A stretch of DNA of 64,000 nt from Octopus vulgaris (lineage: Eukaryota), in assembly GCA_951406725.2 (NCBI GenBank), contig OX597819.1, positions 41,974,001-42,038,000 of the forward strand, given 5' to 3'. The position numbers and the translations under genes were made by a program. Below are positions 26,225 to 40,115 of this stretch, piece by piece (positions within the stretch are counted from its first letter, which is position 1; each line of letters begins with the position of its first letter). A model generated the notes under the pieces. That model had not been told where the DNA came from. It did no database searches and worked only from the letters and a program-made list of their open reading frames with translations.

Positions 26225-28089
26225 CTGTTGAAAATAGTAGCAACAAATTGTCCAACCCATAGCCAAAAAAAAAATGTCATGGTATAAAGAATTTGTTATT
26301 TAGCCTAAGCTTTTCTCAGGTAAAAAAAAAAGTTAAGGCAAACATATTTTTAACAAATATTTCATATGGTTATAAAACTTAAGTACATTTTCTTCTCTTC
26401 AGGGAAAATAAACAGATTATTAAAAAAAGTTTAAAATAATATTTAATTTCATAGAAATAGAAATCAAAAGCTTGATATCAAATTAAAGTGTTTTAATAAA
26501 AAAGAACATAGTGTAAGATCTTGGTGTATAGAAAACCCTCCTGATTGAAACAGTGAAATTGACAAAAGTGTAACGCAAATATTGAATATAAGATCTGTTG
26601 ATGCATTTTCACCCTTCAAGCATGTCGATAAGGATCACTTGGTTCACAAATGAGTGAGATAAGCTAATAAATCTGATCATTAACTTAATTAATAAACAGA
26701 ACATTCTTCTGTCACAAATCAATAGAATCAAAATTTTAGAAAGTGTAAGATGGATGCATTCAATGATAGGCATAGAACTAAGGCTACAAAGCTAAAGCAA
26801 CGATTGCGAAAGGAAATGATGACATCATGATGTTTGCAGAACTCTATAACACAAACAAGAGTATAGGAAAATCTAAAAGGACAACTGATTATGTAGATAA
26901 GACAGGTTAGCATTCCTATTAGATAGGTCACTGTAAGTTACTGACTGATTTTATACCTGGAGCCAAGGTTTAGCCAGATATGCATGAATAGACAGATTAC
27001 TTATAAATATATTCTATATACAAACATATCTTGATTTTTTTTACATCCACTTTTTCTATTTGTTGTTTTTTTTGTGGGGGATGGGGTGGTTGAGACTTGT
27101 TGAGTTAGCATTCTATGGTCAGATACCTTTCCTGATGCTAACCCTTACTTGTTTGCATTAAGGTACAACATTCCACTAGCATAAACAACTTATTGAACTG
27201 CTGAGTTGCAGAATGTATTGTTCATTCAGGAAAAAACAAAAAAAATGTCACTGATGCCCAAATGATGCCAATGCAAAGATACAAATGTGCACACGCATGC
27301 ACACACACTGGATTTCTGTAGTTTCCATTTACCTAATTTCACAGACAAAGCTATAATAGAAGACACTTCGTCCATGATGCTATGCAATGTTACCAAACCC
27401 AAAACCTTATGGTTGCAAAGTGAACTTTTTAACTACATAGCCAACCCTATGCCTATATACAAACATAGAGAATTAAAATAAAGGAAATACTCAACACAAA
27501 CCACTGAATAACAAAATGCAGAGTGTGACCTTGAAGCAGGGGTAGGGGCTCCATCTGTCAAAGTTGCCTGTACATTTTCACATGTATATGCAGTTAAGAG
27601 CAGGATATGTTTTAAGGAAATTAGCAGTTAAGTATGCAATTAAGTCTTATATATATGCACTTATGTTACAAATGTTCATCCAAAGGAAAGGCTGCTGACT
27701 TGGGCTGATACAACTTGGTACCAGTGTTGGTTCAGGCATTGCTGTTAGACTGCAAAGAGCTGGAACAGATACTGCAAAGCATCTTACCCAATTGTCTAAC
27801 AGTTCTGCCAATCCATTGCCCTGGATTGGGACTGTTTTATTAACCCTAAAAGGATGAAAGACAAAGTTGACCTTGGCTAGATTTGGATTCAGAACACAAA
27901 TTGGAACAAATATCGCAAGCATTCTATCCAAAACTCTACTGATTCTGTCAATTCACTACGTATGAAACGGATACAAGATGGCACATTCAAGAGTGGTGGA
28001 CCTGTGAGTGTACCTAAATATTTGACCAGCTATTTCCATACCAAATAGAACTGTAAAAAAATTATTCACTAACAACAATTAAAACTTAC

Positions 28090-28127
28090 ACCCTGATACA
28101 TGCTCTTCATGGCAGAATCTGATGAAT
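28090..28127 (-). other. Candidate 38-nt micro-exon
   Basis: tttatttattcag acceptor and GTAAGT donor; open in phase 1 to 0 (DSSDSAMKSMYQG), stop-containing in phase 0. Confidence 0.3.
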
Positions 28128-29491
28128 CTGAATAAATAAATTCAAGATTTGGAATGGTGAATTTTCAAGGCAAACAGTACAGATCAGCAAAAGTTGCAAG
28201 AGCAACAGGAATCAGAGAAGCGGCTTTAATTGGTAAAAAAGGAATAGCCAAAAGCAAATAACACGAATAAAGGTGTAGTGAAATAAAACTTTAGACGTAA
28301 CAGAAGTAATGGGTTAAATATGTGCAGCTATGAATTTCTTTGATGGTTCATTGAAAGTAGCAGATAAATTTTACCTAAGCAGCATAATGTTGAATCAAGA
28401 GAGGATATATAAGCTAAAATTCAAGGTGTTTAAGAAATGAGTATTTCTATTGGTAACAACAAGTTTATCTTTTTACATGAAAGGAAGACTATATGAGGCA
28501 ATAAGAAGTGTGGTGCTGTATAGTAGGGAAACAAGAGTAGAACATGCTGAGGAACTACAGCAAATGGGAAGGAATGAGGTAACTTACAAAATAAAATCTA
28601 AGGTAGACACTGGTGTAGGCAAGAGAACTGTATGTGGATGTAAAACGAATAGATTGTGGAAGATAAATGAAAAGCATAACATGTTAATAATGGAAAATAC
28701 CATTGGTAAAGGTATAGCCAAAGAAATTCAGTAGCTAGATGAGTTCTGATCACTGGGGTCTTATAGATACAATACATGATCAATGCAAATGAAAATGCTG
28801 TAACACAAACTATTTAAAATAACAATATTGGTATGAAAGTAAAATACATTAAAGCTATGAAGATGGTGAAAATGATGATGAGCTTCTTTTGATTTTGGTA
28901 ATATAACTGGGGTAATTAATTTAACTGGCAAAATATGAAACCTTGCTGAATGTTAATTCATACCATACTGTGCAAAAATCCTAAAACTTTAAAATGAAGG
29001 CATTGCATATGACCCTCTAAAAATAGTGGAGAAAAGGGAAAAGTATGGCACAAATGCTTGCAGTTGAGTCAACTCCATTAAAGGTACCCAAGGTGCCAGA
29101 TGGGGCTGTTAAACCAGGTAACAGATTAAGCTAACCTCCCAAGCAGACCAGCCCTATGCTGGAACGAATATAAAGCATTCAGATGCAGGGACACTTTAGT
29201 AGCATTATAGACCCTCAGGCAAATCAATGCATTGAGCTAGACAGTATTTATTAACGAACACTATATATCAATTAGAATTAAGATAACGCTATCCAGAGGG
29301 ATATTCTTGTAGTTGTGTCAACCCTCCCCTAAGCTGTGTTTTTTTCATTATTGATTCCAATAGGATGAAAAACAAAGTTGACTGTGACAGAATCTGAACT
29401 CACAGCACAGTGAGTCAGAGCAAATAGTATGAAGTAGTCTATCTGATTCTTTAACAATTGAGCCAATTTGCTGCCTATAACAGAATTATGA

Positions 29492-29638
29492 CAGGAACGA
29501 GAACCCAGGTTCGAAATTTCCCCAAGACACCTGATGAAGGCTGGAGGGTATATCAGGTGAAATGTGATAACAACAAACAAGATATCCATCAAATGTAAAT
29601 AATGTACATAATTCCTCATCTTTTAAATAAAGAACTGT
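29492..29638 (+). mobile_element. Penelope-like terminal fragment with degenerate hammerhead core
   Basis: GACAC CTGATGA AGGCTG GAGGGTATAT CAG.. ; same family as 36930-37228 and 48400-48527. Confidence 0.65.
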
Positions 29639-30124
29639 ATTATCTAATCAGTATGGAGCCGACATTAAAATATAATATCATCCTTTTCTAAAATAAACTG
29701 CAGAGTTGTCATAATTGAAGGAACCAAACTGATTTTACAGAAATGGCACTTAGTAATGAAGTGATTGTCTTAAAAATAAAAACAAACGTTCTGAAGCGAA
29801 AAAAAAAAAAAGTTTGTTGATAATAAAATTCATAATGATTGTTTTCTGCAAGTTCAAACCTTATAACTATCATATTGTGCCTTAGGTAAGGTACATTAAT
29901 TCTGCTTGCTTCCATCTGTGACAAAAAGAAAACAATAATTCTCTACATTTGAATGGCATCAAGAAGGCAAGGTACTGAGAATTACAAACTTTCTCCCATT
30001 CATGATTGTGTGCAAAAACAGATGATGATAAAATAAAATAAAATATTTAAAAATTGGTTAACAGACAATATGTTTGAAGATCCGAAATAAACATAAGCAG
30101 ATTAAAGTTAAAATATCACTTGGG

Positions 30125-30210
30125 AAGTCACTTATTTTATCTGTAAGGTGCTTGAAAAAACAAAAAGTCACTTATTTTATCTGTAAGGTGCTTGAAAAAA
30201 CAAAAAGTCA
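30125..30210. repeat. Exact ~40-bp tandem duplication
   Basis: AAGTCACTTATTTTATCTGTAAGGTGCTTGAAAAAACAAA twice. Confidence 0.9.
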
Positions 30211-30914
30211 TGAACTGAAATACATTCATCCAATTGATAATACCACTATCCATTTTGCAATCAACCATACTTATAGTGTTAATACTGTTCATCTCATATA
30301 TGATGGACTCTTGCATCATATATGAGATGCGCATTTAATTGTTCAATCAACTGAATGATCTACACACTGAATAAGTGTGCAAGCAATTGAGTATTCCAGA
30401 CATGTACTTTTAATGTAATTCTTGAATAGAATCAGAATGGCATGGTACAGCCAATAGGCTTCTGTATAGTTTCCCCTCTACCTAATTCCACTCACAAATT
30501 TTGGTTCAATCTGAGGTGATGATAGAGACATTTACTCCAGATGATATGCAGAGGAGCCAAACTTAAGACCTCAAAATTGCAAAGCAATCTTCTTCACCAC
30601 TCAAGCCATACTTGTGCCCATGAATAAGTAAATTTATATATATATATATATATCAATAATAATAAAGGGTAAAATTAATTAATTAATTAGTAATTAATAA
30701 TTCTACCAAAGTTCACCCGGGTAAACTTTCGTTATTTTTCCCTCTAAGCCTACATGAATTGTTTTTGAGTATATATTGTCTGGGAGATTCTTCTTATAGT
30801 GGAAGAAATAGCTAAGTTCTTTGGCTGCTATTTCTAAAAGTTCGGTATGTGGTAAAGCAAATTTTTTTTGCTGAACCCTAATTATAATTATATAAAGTAA
30901 TATATATATATATA

Positions 30915-31148
30915 TCAAGCGAGGTCGTTGCCAGTACCGCCTGACTGGCCCCCGTGCCGGTGGCACGTAAAAGAACCCACTACACTCTCGGAGTGGTTGG
31001 TTTTAGGAAGGGCATTCAGCTGTAGAAACTCTGCCAGATCAAGACTGGAGCCTGGTGCAGCCATCTGGTTCGCCAGCCCAGTCAAACCGTCCAACCTGTG
31101 CTAGCATGGAAAGCGGACGTTAAACGATGATGATGATGATGATGATGA
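30915..31148 (+). mobile_element. RTE 3'-end fragment / RTE-tailed SINE with (GAT)n tail
   Basis: High similarity to 4770-4961. Confidence 0.85.
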
Positions 31149-31205
31149 TATATGTAGATAGATAGACAGGTGAACAGACAATTACACACATGCATACATA
31201 TATAA

Positions 31206-31432
31206 TAACCCTTTAGCTTTTGAACCAGCCATATCTGTCTCAAACATTTTATCTGTCAATATGTTCAAACCAGCCAGATTTGGCCTCTCACATCTACCCT
31301 ACAATGTCATTCTAAAAATATACCACAACATCATCAAAACCTCAAAGATACAAGATAAGCCCTGATTAATTCAAAACAATGTGAATAAGTAAGAATTGCA
31401 TTTGATAGAGTAATCTGAATGCTAAAGGTTTA
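31206..31432. mobile_element. piggyBac-like MITE
   Basis: TAACCCCTTTAGC ... GCTAAAGGTTTAA termini; related copies at ~24470-24648, 35890-36082, 47170-47401, 58660-58877. Confidence 0.6.
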
Positions 31433-31513
31433 AATAAAAACTTTTCAATTACATTAAATCTGATGGACAATATTTTGTTAAATGATATAAATCAGGAGTA
31501 GATTTCTTTCTTT

Positions 31514-31556
<43 letters not shown>

Positions 31557-31737
31557 GCATCCTTTTTGTCTCGGGAGACAATGGAGTTGCACATAAAGTA
31601 GTCTAGTCCGGCTTTTACATTTCATGTCCTGATACATTTCCTGCTGTGGCTGTGTAGTAAAAATGTATTATACTCATAATATATATATATATACTTTATT
31701 TAAAAGCAGCAGATCAAATTGTCATCTCAGTTTCATT

Positions 31738-31795
31738 TTAACAAAACTGTCTGACGAACGGGAACATGAAACTCCGAGTAACAGCTTTTGTTAAA
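31738..31795 (+). ncRNA. Minimal type I hammerhead ribozyme motif within a Penelope-like inverted element (31692-31890)
   Basis: CTGT-CTGACGA-ACG GGAA CAT-GAAA-CTC C GAG-TA-ACAG; stem I extends TTTAACAAAA/TTTTGTTAAA; GUA cleavage triplet; one C.A mismatch in stem II. Confidence 0.8.
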
Positions 31796-31886
31796 TTTCT
31801 GCTGCTTTTAAATAAAGCATATTACTCTACCTCTGGTATTTGAGTACTCTTTTTTCCACCTTGTTTCACATTTATGTGTTTACTCT

Positions 31887-31920
<34 letters not shown>

Positions 31921-34863
31921 GACAGAAGAGAAAAAGCAATGTCTGTGGCTTTACCCAGAGCTTTTGAGACTTTTGGAAAGAAAGGAAGAAGTTATCCTCC
32001 AGACAGACAACCTGACTTGAATACCTACAATAGAGTGAAGTTCTCTAAAAGGGCACCCAGGAAAGTGTTGGTGTTAAACATTGCAACAAATTACATCTAC
32101 CACTCAAGGATAGGAAGGGTTCCTTTCATGGCCTTCCACAGTTTTTGTCTACAAAATTTCACTCACAGGCTTTAGTTGAAGCATGGTTACAGTAGAAGAC
32201 AACTGTCCAGGTGCCATGCAGTGGAACTGAACCGGAAACTTGCGGAGTAAATTTCTTAACCACATAAGCACTCATTAACTTATCAAATCATTCAACTTAA
32301 ATTTTTAACAGTATCAATAAATTTTAAGGATTAATTTATCATTAATCCATCGTGTGATTTTATTATGCATAGCTGACTGTGTAATACAGCATCTCTCAAC
32401 ATATATCAATCTACTATCATCTCACTTGTGACGCCATGTTTTATTTGATCTAATCTAATTACTTCATCTCAAACTTTCATTTATTCAGTGGGAAATATCA
32501 CAAAATTAGCACAATACTCTTTCACCGACAAAGTATCAACCAATCCTGTGTATCATCCATTTAAGTCACTTAAGTCATCTCTCTCTCTTATAGATTGACA
32601 ATTTTAACACTAAAATTAATTTACTTCTGTTTTATTTTAGTTGTATGACACTGTGGGTCCACTTTTATCAAATTTGCTCTATTCAATTTTAATTTTGAAA
32701 TGTATTTTGAAAAACCACAACTATATGAAATGAGCAAGGGACACTGTTTCAACAATCCAATAACCAAAGACATTCGGATCTTTTCGGTTTGAACGGCAGT
32801 TTTTTAAAATAATTTCCACGTAACTAAACACTTTTAAACTCCGTATACTGGTAGAATGTGTTTATAAAACATCTTTTTTTCTTGGCTTTATTGAGAAAAT
32901 TCAATAGTTTGTAAGATATTTGTTGTTTTTCTTCAGAGAGAGAGACACACACACACACAGACAGACAACTTTTAGCTCATTCAGATAAGAATTTAATTTT
33001 TTATGTTGCAACGAGGGGTAAAAAGATCTGTTTCTGACACCTGTCCTTGTCTAGAGAGAGAGAGAGACTATGAAGGGTGCTTTTACCTAGGTTGCAAAAT
33101 GGAAATAATACCACTCATATTCTCTCTCCCCAAAGAAGCATAAGTGTTCTTGCTTAACATTCAATGAAGAGTAAAACAAAACTTTTTCTATATATCCTTA
33201 AAGAAAATAATTTGTTGAAAAGAAAGAAAAGAGATTAAAATTTAGTCAATATAATGAATTTCACACTTAATTACTATATACCTGTTGTTCATTAGCATTA
33301 CTATAGTTATTCAATATCTTAGAAAGTTTTGGAAAATGCTACAATGTCAGAATTTATCTAAACCTCTATACTTAATCAAAATACATAAAAATGCCAACTT
33401 TAGTTACCACTTCCAAAATACAACTTCCATTAGTTGCAATTTTTTGCACAGAAGTTACCTACAGCACTTTTCATCTTGTTGCCATTTACATACATTACAA
33501 AATCTAATAGATCCCATGGCTCTCTTCAAAACAAGGATCAGGATAAAGGGAAGAAGTTAGTATTGCTGTTACTTAATTTGAATTGATGACAATAGCAAGA
33601 AATTTTGAGTAAGGAATAAGTTGCAGGAAAATACAATTCTGAGGTAAGAAGAATTAGTGTTTAGTAGAGGGTCTAGCCCAATACAAAAGGAGGTGCAAGC
33701 AAATTGAATTGGTTTAACTGGCTGAGCATGAGTTAGCATTATAGAGGAGCACAGGTCATTACAGAAGCTGTAAGAGATACTTAAGAAAGAGCTTGATAAT
33801 ATATTCATTTCTTCAAGTGAGTTTCTCTTAAGCAAACATATCTTTATTAGATGCAGTCTGTGTGCATGTGCATGCATCTGTATGTATGTGCATGCATCTG
33901 TATGTATGTGCATGCTTTATTTCAGAGGAGAAATATTTTAGCAGGGTATATTTGTGCTTTATGAAAGATCACCAGCTGTTGGAGCATGTAAAAGTCTCCA
34001 AATAAGATTGCTGAAGACATATCTGGCATATGAAGAAAGCATGATTATTTCAATGCCATATTATTTATAAATGTGTGAATGTGGCTTTGATATAAATTCC
34101 GTTTTGTTTCTATAACAGACTTTTGCGGTTGTTAACTGCCATTACATTTTACTTAAAAATAAAATCTTTTCTCTCCTGCATCTCAAAAATTCTTGCAACA
34201 CTCTTTCACTTGTGGTTCTTAGATATTCTTTGGTCAAATCAATAAAAATTCCAAATTATATTGTGTAATTTAGATACTTCAATGTATTAAGTCCAAATCC
34301 TACCTAACCCAGCTGTTTCATCCTTTCAGACTTAATAAATATAATATACTTTTCATTATAATAACAAAAGGGTGTGATAGTGGCTTCCATCAACTGACCT
34401 ATCCCCAACAGATGGGTGAACTGAGACAATGTAGAATAAAGTGTACTATTAAAAAATATACATTACTGACAGAAGCAGTATTAATACCAAGAGATAATAT
34501 TTATCCTCACTTAAACATGGATGTTCTAGTAGAACAAACTATACTGCAGTAAATACCATGAGAGAAACTCTCATATGGGCTTTTGGTGCAAAATATGCTC
34601 TTGTTTATATCGCTAGCAGGGAAATAAATCTCCACCATCTCCAGTGCCAAAACCACCAGATCACATGATTTTAACCCTCCTTGGTTTTGTCAATGATGGA
34701 GATTTAACCGCTAGAGATAGCAGTAACTCATCTCCCTACCAGTAATATATAGAGAAAAACAGTGCCCGAATAAGCACTGGTGTCATGATTAGCCAGTGGG
34801 CTCCTTAAAAAATATATATTAGCAACAGAAGTAGTATTAATACTGAGTGGTAATAGTTATTCC

Positions 34864-35313
34864 ACTGGCTTCTGTGCCAGTGGCACGTAAAAAGTACCAC
34901 CCGAACGTAGCTGATGCCAGTGCCCCTTGACTGGCTCCTGTGCCAGTGGCACATAAAGAGCACTATCTGAACATGATTGAATGCCAGGGCTGTCTAACTG
35001 GCTCCCGTGCCGGTGGCACATAAAAAGCACCATCCAAACATGGCCAATGCCCCCTGACTGGCTCCCGTGCTGGTGGCATGTAAAAAGCATTATCCAGACA
35101 TGATCGATGCCAAGGCTGCCTGGCTAGCTCCTGTGCTGGTGACATGTAAAAAGCACCTACTACACTCTCGGAATGGTTGGCATTAGGAAGGGTATCTAGC
35201 TGTAGAAACATTGCCAGATCAGATTGGAGCCTGGTGCAGTTACTGGCTTTCAAAACCTCAGTCAAACTGTCCAACCCAAGCCAGCATAGAATTTTTCAAC
35301 GATGATGATGATG
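34864..35313 (+). mobile_element. RTE 3' fragment with ~60-67-bp tandem array and (GAT)n tail
   Basis: Homologous to 4511-4961. Confidence 0.85.
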
Positions 35314-36929
35314 AATGTTCTGTTAGAACAAACTATACTGATAGATTCCATGAGAGAAACACTTAGTGGCTTTTGGCATGCTGTGTTGAGACAATGAAAT
35401 ACTTGCACTGGATACAAACTCACAACCTCAGTGCAAGCATGGCTGAGTAGTTAAGAAGTTCACTCCCCAACCACATAACTACAGGTACTATCCCACCAAG
35501 CAGTTATTTGGGCAGGTATCTTCTACTATAGCTTTATGCCAATCAATAGCTTGTTTATAGAATTTGGTAGACAGACACCATGTGAAAGTTCATTTATGCG
35601 TGCATGCACACATATACACATACATCTTTTCATGAAAGATGTAAACAACATAGAAAAAAAAACTGATAAGCCAGCACTTTTGAATGAAGTGCCTAGCAAT
35701 ATTTGTTCCACCTGACTTGCCCAAACAATCCCTTGTCACTCTGGCCATCATAAATGTTGTGAACCAGTGATTGGCCCATTGGAAATCCATAACCAACAAT
35801 GCTATTGTTCATAAGCTGCAACATATAATGAATAAATAACCTATAAGCTGAGTTATTTTACTCATCCCACTTTTACTACATTTGGTACTAATCCTTTACT
35901 ACATATTTTATGTTCAAACCAGCAAGGTCCAGCCTTTCACATCTACTTTACGATGTCATTCTAAAAACAGACTGCCATATCATTAAAATCACAGAGCTAT
36001 GAGCTAATTCATGATTAATTCAAGTCAATGTGAAGAAAAAAGCATTACAATTGACAAAGTAATTTCAATGTTAAAGAGTTAAACATATCTTTAACCAAAC
36101 AAAATTGGTTTTGTGTTTGGTAAATGAAATCCATATTGTAATTAAAAAAAAAAACGATGAAAAAGATTAAGATGATCATTGAATCATATAGAATGCTTGA
36201 TTAGAAACTTTACTATATCTAATCTGTACCTCACTCGTCTGAGTATAAACCTATACTAGCATTCATATATATATATATATATATATCAATAATAAGTGGA
36301 AGATTTTGCTCACTACATTCTTTTCCTCAAAAAAAAAAAAAAAAAAAGGAAAAAAAAGAAAAGTGGCCTTGACTCTGGACAAAAAAATTATTTAAACAGA
36401 AAGATGATGATGATGATGATAATAATAATAAAAATCTTTTCTACTAAAGGCACAAGGCCTGAAATTTGTGGGGAGGAGACTAGTTGATTAATTTATCAAC
36501 CCTGAAAAGATGAAAGGCAAAGTTGACCTCGGCGGAATCTGAACTCAGGACACAGCGACAGACGAAATGCCACTAAGCATCTCACTCTTTCTCGCAGAAC
36601 CCTGGTTGAGAAATGTTGCTATATACACTTACGTTACCTACTAAAAATGGCAGCACATTCACTTTTAAAAACAAAGCACACATCAGATAATTTATTCTTA
36701 GATATAAAAATAGAATGGAATAAGCATGACTGGAATGTCTTTCATCAGAGTTTTTCTTTTTTTAAATTCATATCTTTTTCTAAATACTCAGGCATCATGA
36801 CAGAAAATATTCAGATAATCAGTTTCAATATTCATAAATCTAACTTTTCCACAAACTTATACCATATTACCATTAACTTTTAACCCAGTTATGACACTCA
36901 TTGAAAATAATTAATAAAACTAAATAAAG

Positions 36930-37228
36930 ATTATTTACATAATTTACATTTGATGGATATTGGTCATCTTGTTTGTTGTTAATGTTTCAGCTGATATACC
37001 CTCCAGCCTTCCTTCATCAGGTGTCTTGGGGAAATTTCGAACATGGGTTCTCATTCCTGCGGTGGTGGTGGTGGCTCTTCTTCTTCTTCTTCTTCAGATT
37101 CAGACACCTGATGAAGGTTGGAGGGTATATCAGCCGGAATGTTGTGTTAACAACAAACAAGATGGGCACAAATATCCGTTAAATGTATTTAATGTACATA
37201 ATTCCTCATCTCTTAAATATAGAACTGT
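36930..37228. mobile_element. Penelope-like inverted pair, each arm with a degenerate hammerhead motif
   Basis: 36932-37025 is the reverse complement of 37103-37200; CTGATGA AGG(C/T)TG..CAGC core in both; (GGT)n/(CTT)n spacer. Confidence 0.75.
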
Positions 37229-37262
37229 ATCAAAATAAAGATTGTTCTGACATGGTTAAGTG

Positions 37263-37605
37263 AAGGCACATAACTCAGTGGCTAGAGTGTCAGGCTCACA
37301 ATCATGAGGTAGTGAGTTCAATTCTCAGATCAGGCTGTGTTCTTGAGTTCTTGAGCAAGACACTTTATTTCATGTTGCTCCTGTTCACCCAATTGTAGAA
37401 ATGAGTTGCAAAGTTATTGATGCCAAACTGTTTTGACCGTTGTCTTTCCCTTGGATAACACTGACAGCTTGGAGAGAAGAGGCTGGTATGCAATGGCCAA
37501 CTGCTGGTCTTCTATAAACAACTTTACCTGGACATGTGCCTCAGAGAGGAACTTTCTAGGTGCAATCCCATGGTCATTCATGACTGAAGGGTGTTTTTTA
37601 CCCTT
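37263..37605 (+). mobile_element. tRNA-derived SINE family B
   Basis: A-box-like TAACTCAGTGG and B-box-like GAGTTCAATTC; colinear with 20058-20365. Confidence 0.8.
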
Positions 37606-38361
37606 TTATAGGGTTAATATAAATAAATATTGTTCTTAGATTAAATGAGATATTTTTTAATAGATTTTTCAAAGTGTATGGCTTTGACTGATATGCAACT
37701 CTCTACATATGTCTCAACAACAAGAATCTATTTTGGAAAGAATAAGTATTACACAAGCAAAATTTCACCCGAGATAGCAATACACTCCATGTCACAACAA
37801 CTACAACCAATACATTGTAGTTATGTGCTAGAAATATAGTAAGCTTGCTAGTAGTTTTAAGCATTTGTTTTTGTTAGGGCAACATATCATGGCATGTGTA
37901 TTTGTTCCATCATTTGCTCTATGAAACAATGGTATTCTTTAAGATATGTTTAACTTGATAACTTTAGTACAAAATTTTAAAATGAGCAAAAGTAGGACTT
38001 GGAAATAATTCAGGAACATTTCAGCTTTGGATTTTGATGTAAATATATCAGTATTTTGAATGCATGTGTGTGTGTGTGAGAACATTTTTACAGAATGAAA
38101 CCGAAGTTACTAATATTATAAGGATTTTTGTGAAATGATATTGATAAATTATGAATAAACTTTGATAAATCTTGAGTTAAATCCTGATATATTTCAACAA
38201 AACATATGCAAGAAAATAAAAATAGACAAATTAATAAACTTTTACCATTAATAAGAAATACAAAACTGCATAAATGTATACTGATAAAAATTGTTAAAAT
38301 GAAAATTTTTTTTTTGTACGTATAATAAATGACAAAATTTTAAATATGAAGGAATAATTAC

Positions 38362-38426
38362 TTCTGACTGAGCAGCCCTCTGATACTGTCCATTATGTTG
38401 GGTTCTCCGGTGAACATAAACATTAC
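38362..38426 (-). CDS. DNAJB12: DNAJB12/14 exon (GNVYVHRRTQHNGQYQRAAQSE)
   Basis: atttccttttccag acceptor, GTAATT donor, 65 bp phase 1 to 0 bridging the GGGFP exon and the TM exon; resembles vertebrate SNVHVY... Confidence 0.88.
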
Positions 38427-38824
38427 CTGGAAAAGGAAATGAGCAATTATAATTCCAGATTCAAAGTATGTTACAAAGGTAATAATATAAATTCAGATCC
38501 ATCTTGGCTTCACAATTATCACCAGAGCATCAATGCCTATTTTTCGATGATTGCATGGGTCAGATAAAATTTGTTCAGGCAGAGTCTTCTACAGCTGGAT
38601 GCTCTTCCTGTCACATCCAGCATATGTCTCCAAGCAGGATAATGTTTCTTTTTGTCTTTCCAACACAAAGCAGCTCAATGACCAAACATGTTTTATGGAA
38701 AGATTGCAAACAAAGACACTATTTTGTATGGATGGTGACTATTTATAAGAAGTGCGTTAATGTCAGTACAAGGAAGCATAAACACAAGCACATATTCATG
38801 TGCACCTACATATATATTCTTTTC

Positions 38825-39245
38825 CTTGTTTCAGTCATTTGACTGTGGCTGGGCTGGAGCACCACCTTGAAGGGATTTTTTTTAGTCAAACAAATTGACC
38901 CCAGTATTTATTTTTAAAGCCTAGTACTTATTCTATCAGTCTCTTATGCAAAACTGCTAAGTTACATCTTTTGCCGAACTGCTAAGTTACAGGGACATAA
39001 ACACACCAACACTAGTTGTCAAGCAGTGATGTGGGATAAACACTGATACAAAAACATACACACACACACATAAATATATACCCAATGGGCTTCTTTCAGT
39101 TTCCATCTACCAAATCCACTCACAAGGCTTTGCTTGGCCCAAAGGCTATAGTAGAAGACACTTGCTCTAAGTACCATACAGTGGGACTGAACCCGGAATC
39201 ATGTGAAGGGAAGCAAGCTTCTTAACACACAGCCATGCCCACACC
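38825..39245 (-). mobile_element. tRNA-derived SINE family A
   Basis: Colinear with 24670-25040. Confidence 0.85.
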
Positions 39246-39331
39246 TATGTGTATGTATGTATATATATGTATGCATGTAAATATGTATGTGTGTGTGTAT
39301 ATATATATATATATATTTATTATATAGAAGG

Positions 39332-39382
39332 AGCTTCTACAGGACTAGAACTGTTTCATTCAAGAGAAATCTTCAGGAAGCT
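39332..39382 (-). ncRNA. Type I hammerhead ribozyme motif (sense to DNAJB pre-mRNA)
   Basis: Exact reverse complement of 40687-40737. Confidence 0.7.
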
Positions 39383-39670
39383 AGTTAACAAGAATTGTAT
39401 TGGCATTTATACATTTAGGCAGGTTTAAAGGGGTGGTGGTGGGGGACTTTTTGGGGGTAGGCATAGCGCAAAAAAATCATACTTGGGGGAGTGGTCAAGG
39501 AGTCAGTGGTAAATTAGATAGAAGAATAAATAAAAGAATAAAAAATATATATAGAAGAATAGAGTTTTAGGTAAATAAGGAAATTCTCACTTATACCTAT
39601 ACACATATGTATACATATATACACACACACACACACACATATACATACACACATACATACACACACACCC

Positions 39671-39704
<34 letters not shown>

Positions 39705-39860
39705 ATATACATACATATATCTACATATATATATATACATACACTTATACATGCATATACATATACACACACACGACCACACATACACATACACACAAAA
39801 AAATATATACATACACACACATACACACATACACATACACACATACATACACACACACCC

Positions 39861-39892
<32 letters not shown>

Positions 39893-40081
39893 ATATACAT
39901 ACATATATCTACATATATATATAAAAGGGACTAGCTGTCGTAGCCAAGATGCTTGTGACCAGCGGTCAAAGATAACAAAAGTAATAAATGAAGATAATAA
40001 AATTAAAATTAGGGAATGGGTTTGTATTTGTATGTATATGTGTGTATGTGTAGGTATGAATAGGTACACATATGTATGTAC

Positions 40082-40115
<34 letters not shown>

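Noticed and set aside
29709-29915. Strong acceptor at 29916 followed by an open phase-0 frame (possible alternative terminal exon)
   Set aside because: Frame passes through a long homopolymer, the internal donor is weak and there is no homology; insufficient support
30652-30760. Possible further hammerhead (minus GAAA-GTT..ACCCGGGT..AAC)
   Set aside because: No CUGANGA core or stem I; at most a Penelope-like terminal scrap
32772-32930. CpG-containing segment resembling a DNA-transposon end
   Set aside because: No partner TIR or second copy in the window; cannot classify
37263-37335. tRNA-like sequence
   Set aside because: Head of a SINE continuing into a repeat body; no complete cloverleaf
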